Source of the DNA: Bacteroidota bacterium
GTDB lineage: Bacteria; Bacteroidota; Bacteroidia; Bacteroidales; FEN-979
Reading direction: 5' to 3'
DNA length: 64,000 nt
Assembly (NCBI GenBank): GCA_026391835.1
Contig: JAPLDF010000042.1
Span: 552 to 64,551 of the forward strand
Position 1 is the stretch's first letter, and each line of letters begins with the position of its first letter. Both the position numbers and the translations under genes were made by a program. The notes under the pieces were generated by a model. That model was given only the letters and a program-made list of their open reading frames with translations. It made no database searches and was not told where the DNA came from. Positions 38,391-47,059 of this stretch are shown piece after piece.

Positions 38391-38777
38391 CTAACGTTTA
38401 CTAAACTGGAATCTTTTGCGGGCTTTTTTCTGTCCGAATTTCTTACGTTCCACCATTCGCGGATCGCGCATCAGGAGTCCTTTTGCCTTCAAAGGCGGAC
38501 GGTGCTCCTCGTTGATTTCGCACAGTGCGCGGGCAATCGCAAGGGCAAGCGCTTCAGCCTGTCCACGGATACCACCGCCATCAAGATTCACCTTGACGTC
38601 GTATTTGCCCTGGTTGTTGGTCACCTCAAACGGTTCGGTTACCTTGAATTGAAGAATCGGCGTAGGAAAATAGTTCTTGAATTCGCGGCCATTTACGGTA
38701 ATGATACCCTGGCCCTCCTTCAGATAAATTCGTGCAACGGCAGTTTTCCTTCTGCCGAGGGTGTTGATAACTTCCAT
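38391..38777 (-). CDS. rpsI: 30S ribosomal protein S9
   Basis: 128 aa. GRRKTAVARIYL…GGGIRGQAEA…RMVERKKFGQKKARKRFQFSKR. Confidence 0.95.
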   Translation of the reverse strand: MEVINTLGRRKTAVARIYLKEGQGIITVNGREFKNYFPTPILQFKVTEPFEVTNNQGKYDVKVNLDGGGIRGQAEALALAIARALCEINEEHRPPLKAKGLLMRDPRMVERKKFGQKKARKRFQFSKR

Positions 38778-38778
38778 A

Positions 38779-39234
38779 TTACTTGATTGAGGTTAATTTC
38801 ATTGGTTTCGGTTGCTGTGCTTTGTGCAGATGCTCGGGACCGGCATATACGTATAGGTTGCGGAATAAATCACGCCCCAGGCGGTTCTTGGGGAGCATCC
38901 CCTTGATCGCTTTTTCTACAACGGCTGTCGGCTTTTTAGCGAGCAGTTTGATGGGGGTCACCTCCCTCTGTCCGCCGGGATAGCCCGTATGACTGAGGTA
39001 AACTTTATCCTCCATCTTTTTTCCTGTCAGCTGAATTTTCTCAGCATTGATGATGACAACATTGTCGCCGCAATCGACATGCGGTGTATAGTTTGTCTTG
39101 GTTTTGCCTTTCAGCAACATGGCCACTTTGGCTGCCAGACGGCCAAGAACCTGACCTTCGGCATCGATAAGCACCCAATCTTTGGTCACGGTGGCCGCGT
39201 TGGCGCTTATGGTCTTGTAACTTAACGTATTCAT
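38779..39234 (-). CDS. rplM: 50S ribosomal protein L13
   Basis: 151 aa. KDWVLIDAEGQVLGRLAAKVAMLLKGK…. Confidence 0.95.
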   Translation of the reverse strand: MNTLSYKTISANAATVTKDWVLIDAEGQVLGRLAAKVAMLLKGKTKTNYTPHVDCGDNVVIINAEKIQLTGKKMEDKVYLSHTGYPGGQREVTPIKLLAKKPTAVVEKAIKGMLPKNRLGRDLFRNLYVYAGPEHLHKAQQPKPMKLTSIK

Positions 39235-39286
39235 GCTTCTTCCTGATTATTTTTAACAATGAACCTTTTTCTTCCAAAAGGGGGTG

Positions 39287-39294
39287 CAAAGATA
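39287..39294 (-). promoter_or_regulatory. Candidate -7 box TATCTTTG for the rplM-rpsI-rpsB-tsf operon
   Basis: The plus-strand caaagata is the reverse complement of TATCTTTG, with a TTG 19 nt upstream on the minus strand. It lies about 53 nt upstream of the rplM ATG. Confidence 0.5.
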
Positions 39295-39418
39295 TTCCTA
39301 ATTTTCATTCCCGCAATGCCATTTATTGATTAAAATGACATATTTTTGCATTATCCTTTATTTTATGACAACATATTCTCATTATATGCTTTATTTTATG
39401 ACATTATAAAAAGTTCTC

Positions 39419-39457
39419 TCGCAGATTTTCGCGGAAAAAATCGCGGATATTCGCAGA
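39419..39457 (+). promoter_or_regulatory. Four phased TCGCRGA boxes (possible regulator binding array)
   Basis: TCGCAGA (39419), TCGCGGA (39429), TCGCGGA (39441), TCGCAGA (39451). Spacing is 10/12/10 nt and the order is mirror-symmetric. They lie in the divergent rplM/helicase intergenic region. Confidence 0.35.
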
Positions 39458-39636
39458 ATGAGAATATCCTGTTCGAAAATACATTGACAATATTTAAACT
39501 GATTATCAATAGATTAGAATTAATATTGTAAAAATATCAAAAAATATTTGACTTACCGTATTACCTTATGTTGTCTATACCGATTAAGCATATGAATTCA
39601 CCAATAAATATGTTCAGTTAACCAATCAAATTCAAC

Positions 39637-42108
39637 ATGGAATATCGCCAAAATGAACAATTGCTCCTGGCAACCGAATTTGTTCAGTGCACGAACAAAA
39701 ACATTTTTTTAACCGGGAAGGCAGGGACCGGGAAAACCACTTTTTTGCATAACCTGAAAAAGATCACCCCGAAACGCATGGTGGTGGTTGCCCCGACGGG
39801 TGTAGCTGCCATCAATGCAGGGGGCGTAACCATTCATTCGTTTTTTCAGTTAAGTTTTGCACCTGCGGTTCCGGCTTCGATACAACCCAGGAACGCCAGC
39901 CATCCGGGGGAAGAAAGGTTCCAGCGAAAATTCAACCGTGAAAAAATCAGGCTCATCAAATGCATTGACCTGCTGGTGATCGATGAAATCAGCATGGTAC
40001 GTGCCGATATCCTGGATGCCATCGATGAGGTGCTGCGCAAATACAGGAACCATTATCTTCCCTTTGGCGGTGTTCAGCTGTTGATGATCGGCGACCTGCA
40101 TCAGCTTTCACCGGTAATAAAAGAGACAGAATGGTCGATTTTAAGAAACTTTTACGAGAGCGCCTACTTTTTTGACAGCCATGCGCTGAAAAAAACAAAT
40201 CCGGTCACCATTGAATTGAAAGAAATTTTCAGGCAGTCGGACAGCCATTTTATCGGGCTTCTAAACAAGGTGCGTGAAAACACCATCGACAGGCAAACCA
40301 TCACGGAATTAAATACCAGGTATATCCCCGGCTTTAATCCCGGCGAGGCTGAAGGGTATATTACGCTGACAACCCACAATGCGAACGCTTATGACATGAA
40401 CCAGGTAAAATTGAAAAGCATTTCCGGGCCGTCACAGTTTTTCCAGGCCGAAATTGAAGATGATTTCCCACCGCATGATTTTCCGACAGAAGAGCAGCTT
40501 GAACTGAGACCAAATGCGCAGGTTATGTTTATCAAGAATGACCTGTCTGCTGAAAAGCAATATTACAACGGGAAAATAGGAAAAATTACCCGTATGACAG
40601 ATGAGCTTGTTTTTGTTAAATGTCCTTCGGATGATGCCGAAATCGCAGTTGGCAGGGTGAGATGGGAAAACGTGAAATATACGCTTGACGAATCAACCAA
40701 GGAAATAAAAGAGAACATTGTGGGAAGTTTCACCCAGGTTCCGCTCAAATTAGCCTGGGCCATAACCATTCACAAGAGCCAGGGGCTTACGTTTGACAAG
40801 GTAATAATCGATGCCAATTCCGCTTTTGCATTCGGGCAGGTATATGTGGCCCTCAGCCGCTGCCGGACCTTTACCGGGATCGTATTGAGCACCCCCATCG
40901 CCGTGTCGGGAATAAAAACAGACGCACTGGTGCTGAACTATTCGCACGAGGCCCAGCAACAGGAACCCGGGCCCGGCGAACTTTTTGAGTCCAAATTCCT
41001 TTACCAGAAAGATTTATTTTTTGAACTGTTTGATTTCAAGTTGACCAGGTACAGGTTTGAAACATTGCTGAAACTTGTCCGGGAGAATCCAAACATCCTT
41101 GATCCTTCGCTGATTACCAACTTACTGGCAATGAAAAACCAATGTGATGCAACACTCTTTGAGGTCGCCGAAAAATTCAAGGTGCAGCTTTCTAATTTAA
41201 TGAAGCCGTTGGTGCTGCCCGAAAACAATGATGATTTGCAGGAACGGACCAGGCAGGCGGTCCGGTATTTTTCAACAACCATCAAAACCCATCTGTCGGG
41301 CAGCCTGGGAAACCTGGCAATCGATACGGATAACAAAGCTGTCAAAAAACTGCTGACCGAAGCGGCAGAAAAATTGCAGAAGGAGGTTTTCATCAGGTTA
41401 TCGTGTCTTGAAAACTGCAAGTTGGGCTTTGAAACCATTTCCTATATCAAAATGAGGTCGAATGCAGATGTCGATTTCCGTCCTTCGGTTCAGCAAAAAA
41501 CGCAGTTTCAGCAACAATCCTCAAAAAGCATCCCTCATCCCGAACTGTATGCCGAACTCAGGAAATGGCGCGACAACCTGGCTGATGAACGAGATATCCC
41601 AAAATACATGGTATTGCCGCAAAAATCGATGCTCGACCTGATGCAAAAATTGCCGGCGACACTTCCCGAATTAAAAACCATCAAGGGGATCGGGCAGGCT
41701 AAAATCAACCAGTTTGGCGAAGAGATCATAACCATCATTAATACGTTCTGCTCCGATCATGATATTGTTCCGGCACAGATTGAAATTCCTGCAGTGGAGA
41801 AGAAAGCCAAAGTGAATTCAGGGAAACTCAGTTTTGAGATGTTCAGGGCTGGTAAAACAGTCGCAGAAATTGCCGCGCTGCGATCCCTTTCGACCTCAAC
41901 CGTCGAAGGTCATCTGGCGCCCTATGTAGGAACAGGGGATTTGATGGTAAGTGAATTTGTACATGCTGAAAAATTGAACCGTGTGCTGGATTACATCAGC
42001 GCAAATCCCCATAAAACCCTGGGTGAAGTTAAAAGCGCCATGGGTGATACCGTTACCTATGCGGATCTGAAATTTATTTTTCAGCATTTAAGCCATTTAA
42101 ATTCATGA
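39637..42108 (+). CDS. PIF1/RecD-family ATP-dependent DNA helicase with C-terminal HRDC-like and HTH-like domains
   Basis: 823 aa. Walker A GKAGTGKTTF, then VVAPTGVAAINAGGVTIHSFF, LVIDEISMV, FGGVQLLMIGDLHQLSPV and AITIHKSQGLTFDKVII. The C-terminal segment ELYAELRKWRDNLADERDIPKYMVL…IKGIGQAKINQFG is HRDC-like. Confidence 0.85.
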   Translation: MEYRQNEQLLLATEFVQCTNKNIFLTGKAGTGKTTFLHNLKKITPKRMVVVAPTGVAAINAGGVTIHSFFQLSFAPAVPASIQPRNASHPGEERFQRKFNREKIRLIKCIDLLVIDEISMVRADILDAIDEVLRKYRNHYLPFGGVQLLMIGDLHQLSPVIKETEWSILRNFYESAYFFDSHALKKTNPVTIELKEIFRQSDSHFIGLLNKVRENTIDRQTITELNTRYIPGFNPGEAEGYITLTTHNANAYDMNQVKLKSISGPSQFFQAEIEDDFPPHDFPTEEQLELRPNAQVMFIKNDLSAEKQYYNGKIGKITRMTDELVFVKCPSDDAEIAVGRVRWENVKYTLDESTKEIKENIVGSFTQVPLKLAWAITIHKSQGLTFDKVIIDANSAFAFGQVYVALSRCRTFTGIVLSTPIAVSGIKTDALVLNYSHEAQQQEPGPGELFESKFLYQKDLFFELFDFKLTRYRFETLLKLVRENPNILDPSLITNLLAMKNQCDATLFEVAEKFKVQLSNLMKPLVLPENNDDLQERTRQAVRYFSTTIKTHLSGSLGNLAIDTDNKAVKKLLTEAAEKLQKEVFIRLSCLENCKLGFETISYIKMRSNADVDFRPSVQQKTQFQQQSSKSIPHPELYAELRKWRDNLADERDIPKYMVLPQKSMLDLMQKLPATLPELKTIKGIGQAKINQFGEEIITIINTFCSDHDIVPAQIEIPAVEKKAKVNSGKLSFEMFRAGKTVAEIAALRSLSTSTVEGHLAPYVGTGDLMVSEFVHAEKLNRVLDYISANPHKTLGEVKSAMGDTVTYADLKFIFQHLSHLNS

Positions 42109-42127
42109 AATTATATGAATATCAGCT

Positions 42128-43522
42128 ATGTACGGACGGCTTCTGAGTAACAATCTTTCTCGCGTCAGGCCATTTTGTATCCTGGGGGCCAAAGGTGTGG
42201 GGAAAACGACATTGATCAGTGATTTCGCTTTGAAATTCAGCAACTGGATCCACCTCGACCTTGAAACAGATGCCGATCGCGCAATTTTTCAACCCGGCGC
42301 CACCTCCGGTGAGACACTTCGGGCAATAAGTTTTTTAAAAGGCAGGGAGATCAGGGGAAAAGGGACGCTCATCGTGCTCGATGAAATTGGGAAATGCCCG
42401 GAGGCGATCAGGTGGGCGGGCGGACAGGCGGACGGGCGGACGGGCGGACAGGCGGACGGGCGGACGGGTGGACAGGCGGACGGGCGGACAGGCGGACAGG
42501 CGGACGGGCCGGTGGTGGTAGCGACTTCATCAATCATGACAAAGGAATTATTGGTATTATTGAACAATGAAAAGGAGGTGATGCATCCATATTATCTGCA
42601 TCCCTTTTCCTTTGAAGAGTTTTTGATGGTCATGGATGATCCTGCTTCGATGGAATCTTTCCGCGAGGTTCCCGTACCATATTATGCCTATGATAAATTA
42701 CTGAACTATTTTCATCTCTATGCCCTGATCGGCGGAATGCCCGAAATTACCGGGGCCTATGCGAAAAACCGGCATCTTTCGGGATTGAAAAACATTTACG
42801 GGCAAATCGAAGAACGCTACATGCAGTGCCTGCCGTTTGTTACTGCCGGAACAAAAAGCAGGGACCTTGCCATGGAAGTGTTGCAAAACACCTACCCTTA
42901 CGCTGCCACCCGGATCAGTTTCAACCGGTTCGGGAACCTGGAAAAAGGGAGCAGGGAAATCTCCCGGGCCTTCAAAGCCCTCGAACGGATCTTTCTGCTT
43001 CAAATGATCTACCCGGTTACATCACCCATCTTACCCATGGCTCCTGATACTTCCAAATTTCCAAGATTGCAGCTGCTCGATACCGGGCTGGTGAACTATT
43101 TCTCAGGCATTCAGAAGCCCCTGTTCCAGTCGCATGACATGAATGCGATTTTTGAAGGGCAAATTGCCAGGCAGGTTGTGGGACAGGAGATCCTGGCAAC
43201 CATGCCGGAGGCGTCAGGCCCCTGTTTCTGGGTAAGGGATAAGGCACAGTCCTCGGCATCTGTTGATTTTGTGATCCCGTTCGACGGCATGCTTATTCCG
43301 GTTGTGGTAAGGTCAGGGGAAGCCGGGAGGTTGCGGTCGCTGCACCAGTACGTTGACGAGTCGCCCCATCCTTTTGCTGTCAGGCTTTATGCCGGGAAAC
43401 CTGGAATTCAGCAAACTTCCACCATCAGGGGCAAGAAGTATTATCTCCTGAGCCTCCCCTATTTCCTGGCAGGAAAGATCAGGGAACACCTGGGAGGATT
43501 CAGGAAATTCGTAGAGGGGTGA
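42128..43522 (+). CDS. AAA+ ATPase (COG1373-type, AAA_14 plus DUF4143-like) carrying an in-frame octamer-repeat insertion
   Basis: 464 aa. P-loop GAKGVGKTTL, Walker B LIVLDEIGKCPEA, then 4x GGQADGRT encoded by the GGCGGACR array, then VVVATSS… It starts 19 nt after the helicase stop. Confidence 0.75.
   Translation: MYGRLLSNNLSRVRPFCILGAKGVGKTTLISDFALKFSNWIHLDLETDADRAIFQPGATSGETLRAISFLKGREIRGKGTLIVLDEIGKCPEAIRWAGGQADGRTGGQADGRTGGQADGRTGGQADGPVVVATSSIMTKELLVLLNNEKEVMHPYYLHPFSFEEFLMVMDDPASMESFREVPVPYYAYDKLLNYFHLYALIGGMPEITGAYAKNRHLSGLKNIYGQIEERYMQCLPFVTAGTKSRDLAMEVLQNTYPYAATRISFNRFGNLEKGSREISRAFKALERIFLLQMIYPVTSPILPMAPDTSKFPRLQLLDTGLVNYFSGIQKPLFQSHDMNAIFEGQIARQVVGQEILATMPEASGPCFWVRDKAQSSASVDFVIPFDGMLIPVVVRSGEAGRLRSLHQYVDESPHPFAVRLYAGKPGIQQTSTIRGKKYYLLSLPYFLAGKIREHLGGFRKFVEG
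42419..42506 (+). repeat. 11 tandem GGCGGACR octamers inside the AAA+ ATPase CDS (degenerate flanks 42411-42514)
   Basis: Read directly: GGCGGACA GGCGGACG GGCGGACG GGCGGACA GGCGGACG GGCGGACG GGTGGACA GGCGGACG GGCGGACA GGCGGACA GGCGGACG. With the 24-nt super-period it translates as GGQADGRT repeats. Confidence 0.95.
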
Positions 43523-43527
43523 TATAG

Positions 43528-43585
43528 GAATGATGAATGTGGGAATAACGAATGGAGAAAGGACGAATGGGGAAATGATGGATGG
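43528..43585. repeat. Degenerate 7-8 nt GAATG-periodic array starting 5 nt after the AAA+ ATPase stop
   Basis: GAATG or GAAATG at 43528, 43535, 43550, 43565 and 43572, plus GAATA at 43543 and GATGG at 43580. Confidence 0.55.
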
Positions 43586-43626
43586 AAACCGGCAAATGTA
43601 AGCGGGGGTGTCCAACGATTTTTCTT

Positions 43627-43634
43627 TACCTTTG
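43627..43634 (+). promoter_or_regulatory. Candidate -7 box TACCTTTG upstream of gldA
   Basis: Exact TAnnTTTG match, 26 nt upstream of ATG 43661. Confidence 0.45.
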
Positions 43635-43660
43635 CGCACCATTTTCACACATTCCCTGTC

Positions 43661-44605
43661 ATGTCGATCAGTGTCCTGAACATCACCAAATTATATGGCA
43701 CCCAGAAAGCACTGGATGCCGTTACCCTTGAAATCAAACCTGGCGGAATTACCGGGTTGCTTGGCCCGAATGGTGCCGGGAAGAGCACGCTGATGAAAAT
43801 TCTCACCTGTTTTATTCCACCAACTACGGGAGATGCCTCGGTTTGCGGTTTTGATGTACTGGAGCAATCCATCGAAGTACGAAAAAAAGTCGGGTACCTG
43901 CCTGAGAACAACCCGCTCTATCTTGACCTGTATGTGAGGGAATTCCTGGGGTTCATTGCCGGAACACATCAGCTGAAAGGAAATATCGCCGGTCGCGTTG
44001 CTGAAATGATCGAAATGACCGGGCTGCAGTCGGAACAGCACAAAAAAATCGGTGCTCTTTCAAAGGGTTACCGCCAGCGCGTCGGACTTGCACAGGCCAT
44101 GATCCACGATCCGGAAGTACTGATCCTGGATGAACCAACATCCGGCCTTGATCCCAACCAGTTGCTCGAGATCCGCAACCTGATCACCGAAGTTGGCAAG
44201 ACCAAGACCGTCATGATGTCAACACACATCATGCAGGAGGTGGAAGCCATCTGCAACAGGGCTGTTATCATTCACAAAGGACGCATTGTTGCTGACGACT
44301 CCACCGAAAACCTCCAGCACCTGGCCACTGCCGGTGTGATTATCAAGGTCGAGTTCAACATCCCGGTCGGGGGTGGCCTGCTTCAAAAGATACCCGGGGT
44401 TCTTGACGTTTCTTTTCCACGCGGTGAAGGTGAACACAGGATATTGAACAACGAATCCCGCTTCTGGCACCTCGCTTCGGCACCGGGAACCGACATCCGT
44501 GCAGATGTATTTCAATTTGCGGTAGAACATAAGTATACAGTACTGTCACTTCACCGTGAGGAGCAGAAGCTTGAAGATGTTTTCCAGGAACTGACCAGGT
44601 CATAA
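43661..44605 (+). CDS. gldA: ABC transporter ATP-binding protein, GldA-like (gliding-motility-associated)
   Basis: 314 aa. Walker A GPNGAGKST, signature LSKGYRQRV, Walker B LILDEPTSGLD. The segment GYLPENNPLYLDLYVREFL resembles my recollection of Flavobacterium GldA. Confidence 0.6.
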   Translation: MSISVLNITKLYGTQKALDAVTLEIKPGGITGLLGPNGAGKSTLMKILTCFIPPTTGDASVCGFDVLEQSIEVRKKVGYLPENNPLYLDLYVREFLGFIAGTHQLKGNIAGRVAEMIEMTGLQSEQHKKIGALSKGYRQRVGLAQAMIHDPEVLILDEPTSGLDPNQLLEIRNLITEVGKTKTVMMSTHIMQEVEAICNRAVIIHKGRIVADDSTENLQHLATAGVIIKVEFNIPVGGGLLQKIPGVLDVSFPRGEGEHRILNNESRFWHLASAPGTDIRADVFQFAVEHKYTVLSLHREEQKLEDVFQELTRS

Positions 44606-44658
44606 CTCACCTCATCCTTTTTCCTGTCTATCTTTTTTTTCCTAATCAGAAAATTTAG

Positions 44659-44666
44659 TATTTTTG
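44659..44666 (+). promoter_or_regulatory. Candidate -7 box TATTTTTG, implying a metK leader of about 135 nt
   Basis: Exact TAnnTTTG match, 140 nt upstream of the metK ATG 44806. Confidence 0.35.
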
Positions 44667-44766
44667 CAGCCAGAAAAGTGGACAGATTTGATTGATTGCA
44701 ACCACTGGAAAAAAATGCTAAAACAAATTTTCCTCCCTTCAATCGCAAATCAACTTCATTTAATTC

Positions 44767-44798
44767 ATTCGTAATTCGTAATTTATAATTCGTAATTC
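44767..44798. repeat. Heptamer array attcgta x4 (one degenerate) just upstream of the metK start
   Basis: attcgta attcgta atttata attcgta attc. This is the reverse complement of the TTACGAA unit found after rpsB and coaD. Confidence 0.85.
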
Positions 44799-44805
44799 TT
44801 TTATT

Positions 44806-46149
44806 ATGGGATATTTATTTACATCGGAGTCCGTATCAGAAGGACATCCGGACAAAGTTGCCGATCAGATATCAGATGCCCTGCTTGATGAGTTCATGAA
44901 ATGGGATCCGGAATCGAAAGTGGCATGTGAAACATTTGTGACCACCGGGCTTGTTGTTTGCGGTGGTGAAGTAAGGACACAGGGCTGGGTTGATGTCCAG
45001 GAAACGGCCCGCCGCGTCATCCGCCAGATCGGGTATACAAAGGCGGAATACCGCTTCGACTGCGACTCATGCGGGGTGATCTCCACCATTCATGAACAGT
45101 CTGCAGATATCAACCAGGGCGTTGTCCGCGAAAAGAAGGAAGACCAGGGTGCCGGCGACCAGGGAATGATGTTCGGCTATGCCTGCAACGAAATGGAAAA
45201 CCTGATGCCGATGTCGATCGAACTGGCGCATATTTTCCTGCAGGAACTAGCCGAGATCCGTCGCGAAGGCAAGCAGATGAAGTACCTGCGCCCCGACAGC
45301 AAATCGCAGGTGACCATTGAATATGATGACCATGGAAAACCGATGCGTATCGACACCATCGTGGTAAGTACCCAGCATGATGATTTTATCCAGCCTGCAA
45401 CACAGACAGCAAAGGCTGAAAAGGCCGCTGAAAAAGCGATGCAGGACAAAATAAGGGATGATGTGCAGAAAATACTGATCCCCAGGGTTAAAAAAACCCT
45501 GCCTGCGAAAATACAGAAACTCTTCCAGGGTGATTTCAAACTGCATGTGAACCCAACCGGAAAGTTCGTGATCGGCGGTCCTCATGGCGATACCGGCCTC
45601 ACCGGGCGCAAGATCATCGTTGATACCTATGGCGGACACGGCGCCCACGGTGGTGGTGCTTTTTCCGGCAAAGATCCTTCAAAGGTCGACCGTTCAGCCG
45701 CCTATGCAGCCCGGCATATTGCAAAGAACATGGTTGCCGCAGGTGTTGCCGACCAGGTACTGATCCAGGTTGCCTATGCTATTGGGGTTGCACAACCGGT
45801 CGGTCTTTATGTCAACACGTTCGGAACCGCAAAAGTGAAAGACAAAAAAGGCAACATCCTCCAGGATGGGGTGATCGCCGAAAAAATCAACAAAATTTTC
45901 GACATGCGCCCCTATGCGATCGTTGAGCGTTTTGGCCTGAAGAATCCGATCTATCAGCCAACCGCTTCCTACGGTCATTTCGGACGCGATTTTTATAACA
46001 AAGAGGTGGAAGTTTTTTATCCCGTGAAAGGTTCAAAACCTAAGAAAGTCAATGGAAATGGTAAAGATGTATATACAAAAAAGGTCGACTTCTTTGCCTG
46101 GGAAAAGCTTGATTACACAGACAAACTCAGGAAAGAATTCGGGATTTAA
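44806..46149 (+). CDS. metK: S-adenosylmethionine synthetase
   Basis: 447 aa. [33 protein letters not shown] and [22 protein letters not shown]. Confidence 0.95.
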   Translation: MGYLFTSESVSEGHPDKVADQISDALLDEFMKWDPESKVACETFVTTGLVVCGGEVRTQGWVDVQETARRVIRQIGYTKAEYRFDCDSCGVISTIHEQSADINQGVVREKKEDQGAGDQGMMFGYACNEMENLMPMSIELAHIFLQELAEIRREGKQMKYLRPDSKSQVTIEYDDHGKPMRIDTIVVSTQHDDFIQPATQTAKAEKAAEKAMQDKIRDDVQKILIPRVKKTLPAKIQKLFQGDFKLHVNPTGKFVIGGPHGDTGLTGRKIIVDTYGGHGAHGGGAFSGKDPSKVDRSAAYAARHIAKNMVAAGVADQVLIQVAYAIGVAQPVGLYVNTFGTAKVKDKKGNILQDGVIAEKINKIFDMRPYAIVERFGLKNPIYQPTASYGHFGRDFYNKEVEVFYPVKGSKPKKVNGNGKDVYTKKVDFFAWEKLDYTDKLRKEFGI

Positions 46150-46150
46150 C

Positions 46151-47053
46151 GTGAAGTTGACCCACCTGGTTTTTCTGACTTCACTGTGTCTGATTTCTTT
46201 ACCCGGCCTTGCGCAGATTGACATTCAGCGCTATACCACTGCAACTGATACCTTCTATTGGAAGCGATATATCCATATTCCGAAACCGCCCAGGCTGAAC
46301 CTGCGGCGGTTTTCGGTTTCTCACCCATCCAAACATATCGATTTGTTCCTTGCGGGAAACATGGGTCAATTTCCGCAATTCACCAATGATTCAACACACC
46401 GGCATTCTGCCAAAGATCTGAAAAAATGCCTGTTCCCGGCCGATATCAATGGCGATAAACTGCCTGACATGATTTTCAGCGGGAACAATGGAGGCGGGTC
46501 GGATATTGTGAGAATATGGCTGAATAAACGGGACAGCTTTGAGCTCATCTTTGAAGACTACCAGTACATATCAAAATTCACAAAGACAGGAAATAAACTT
46601 GTGGAACTGCAGACCGGAGACGCCGGGGATGGCGACAACTATCTCTATTTCACCCGTGACTATCGTGTTGGCGAGGATAAGAATGAGCCAATGTTCATCA
46701 AAGGCAAACAGGTTGTAGCCTACAAATATACCGAGGAACCTGCTAAATACTACCCCCAGCCGATTCCATTCCTGGCAAAGGCTGATACCATGTTACTGCG
46801 GGCTTCTGCCGCCATGCAGAATGAGCCATTTAATCCGCAACTCAACACTTTTGGAAACATCATTGCAAAATACCGCACCAAAGCGCGTGGCCTTGTCCTT
46901 GCTTATGCTTCGAATGGAAAAGGGAATGACTGGTTTTTTGTCGAGGTTTCGCCTGCAGCAATGCCTTCGGCGTCGATCCTGTATGATATCGACAAGATTC
47001 CCACGTTTATCCGTGGCTGGGTTTCAAGCCAGTCGGTTCAGCTGGAGCCTTAA
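46151..47053 (+). CDS. Hypothetical secreted protein (one FG-GAP/VCBS-like DINGDKLPD motif)
   Basis: An in-frame GTG lies 1 nt after the metK stop and is followed by the signal peptide KLTHLVFLTSLCLISLPGLAQ. The upstream part of ORF 46052.. overlaps metK and is discounted. Confidence 0.55.
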   Translation: MKLTHLVFLTSLCLISLPGLAQIDIQRYTTATDTFYWKRYIHIPKPPRLNLRRFSVSHPSKHIDLFLAGNMGQFPQFTNDSTHRHSAKDLKKCLFPADINGDKLPDMIFSGNNGGGSDIVRIWLNKRDSFELIFEDYQYISKFTKTGNKLVELQTGDAGDGDNYLYFTRDYRVGEDKNEPMFIKGKQVVAYKYTEEPAKYYPQPIPFLAKADTMLLRASAAMQNEPFNPQLNTFGNIIAKYRTKARGLVLAYASNGKGNDWFFVEVSPAAMPSASILYDIDKIPTFIRGWVSSQSVQLEP

Positions 47054-47059
47054 TCCTGG

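Noticed and set aside
44606-44805. A SAM-I (S-box) riboswitch upstream of metK.
   Set aside because: I could not find the conserved S-box core elements (the GAGGGA / GCCC / kink-turn pattern). Only an unclassified structured-leader candidate is reported.
46052-46150. The upstream 33 codons of ORF 46052-47053, which overlap the metK 3' end.
   Set aside because: The signal peptide begins right after an in-frame GTG at 46151, 1 nt past the metK stop, so the overlap is unlikely to be translated.
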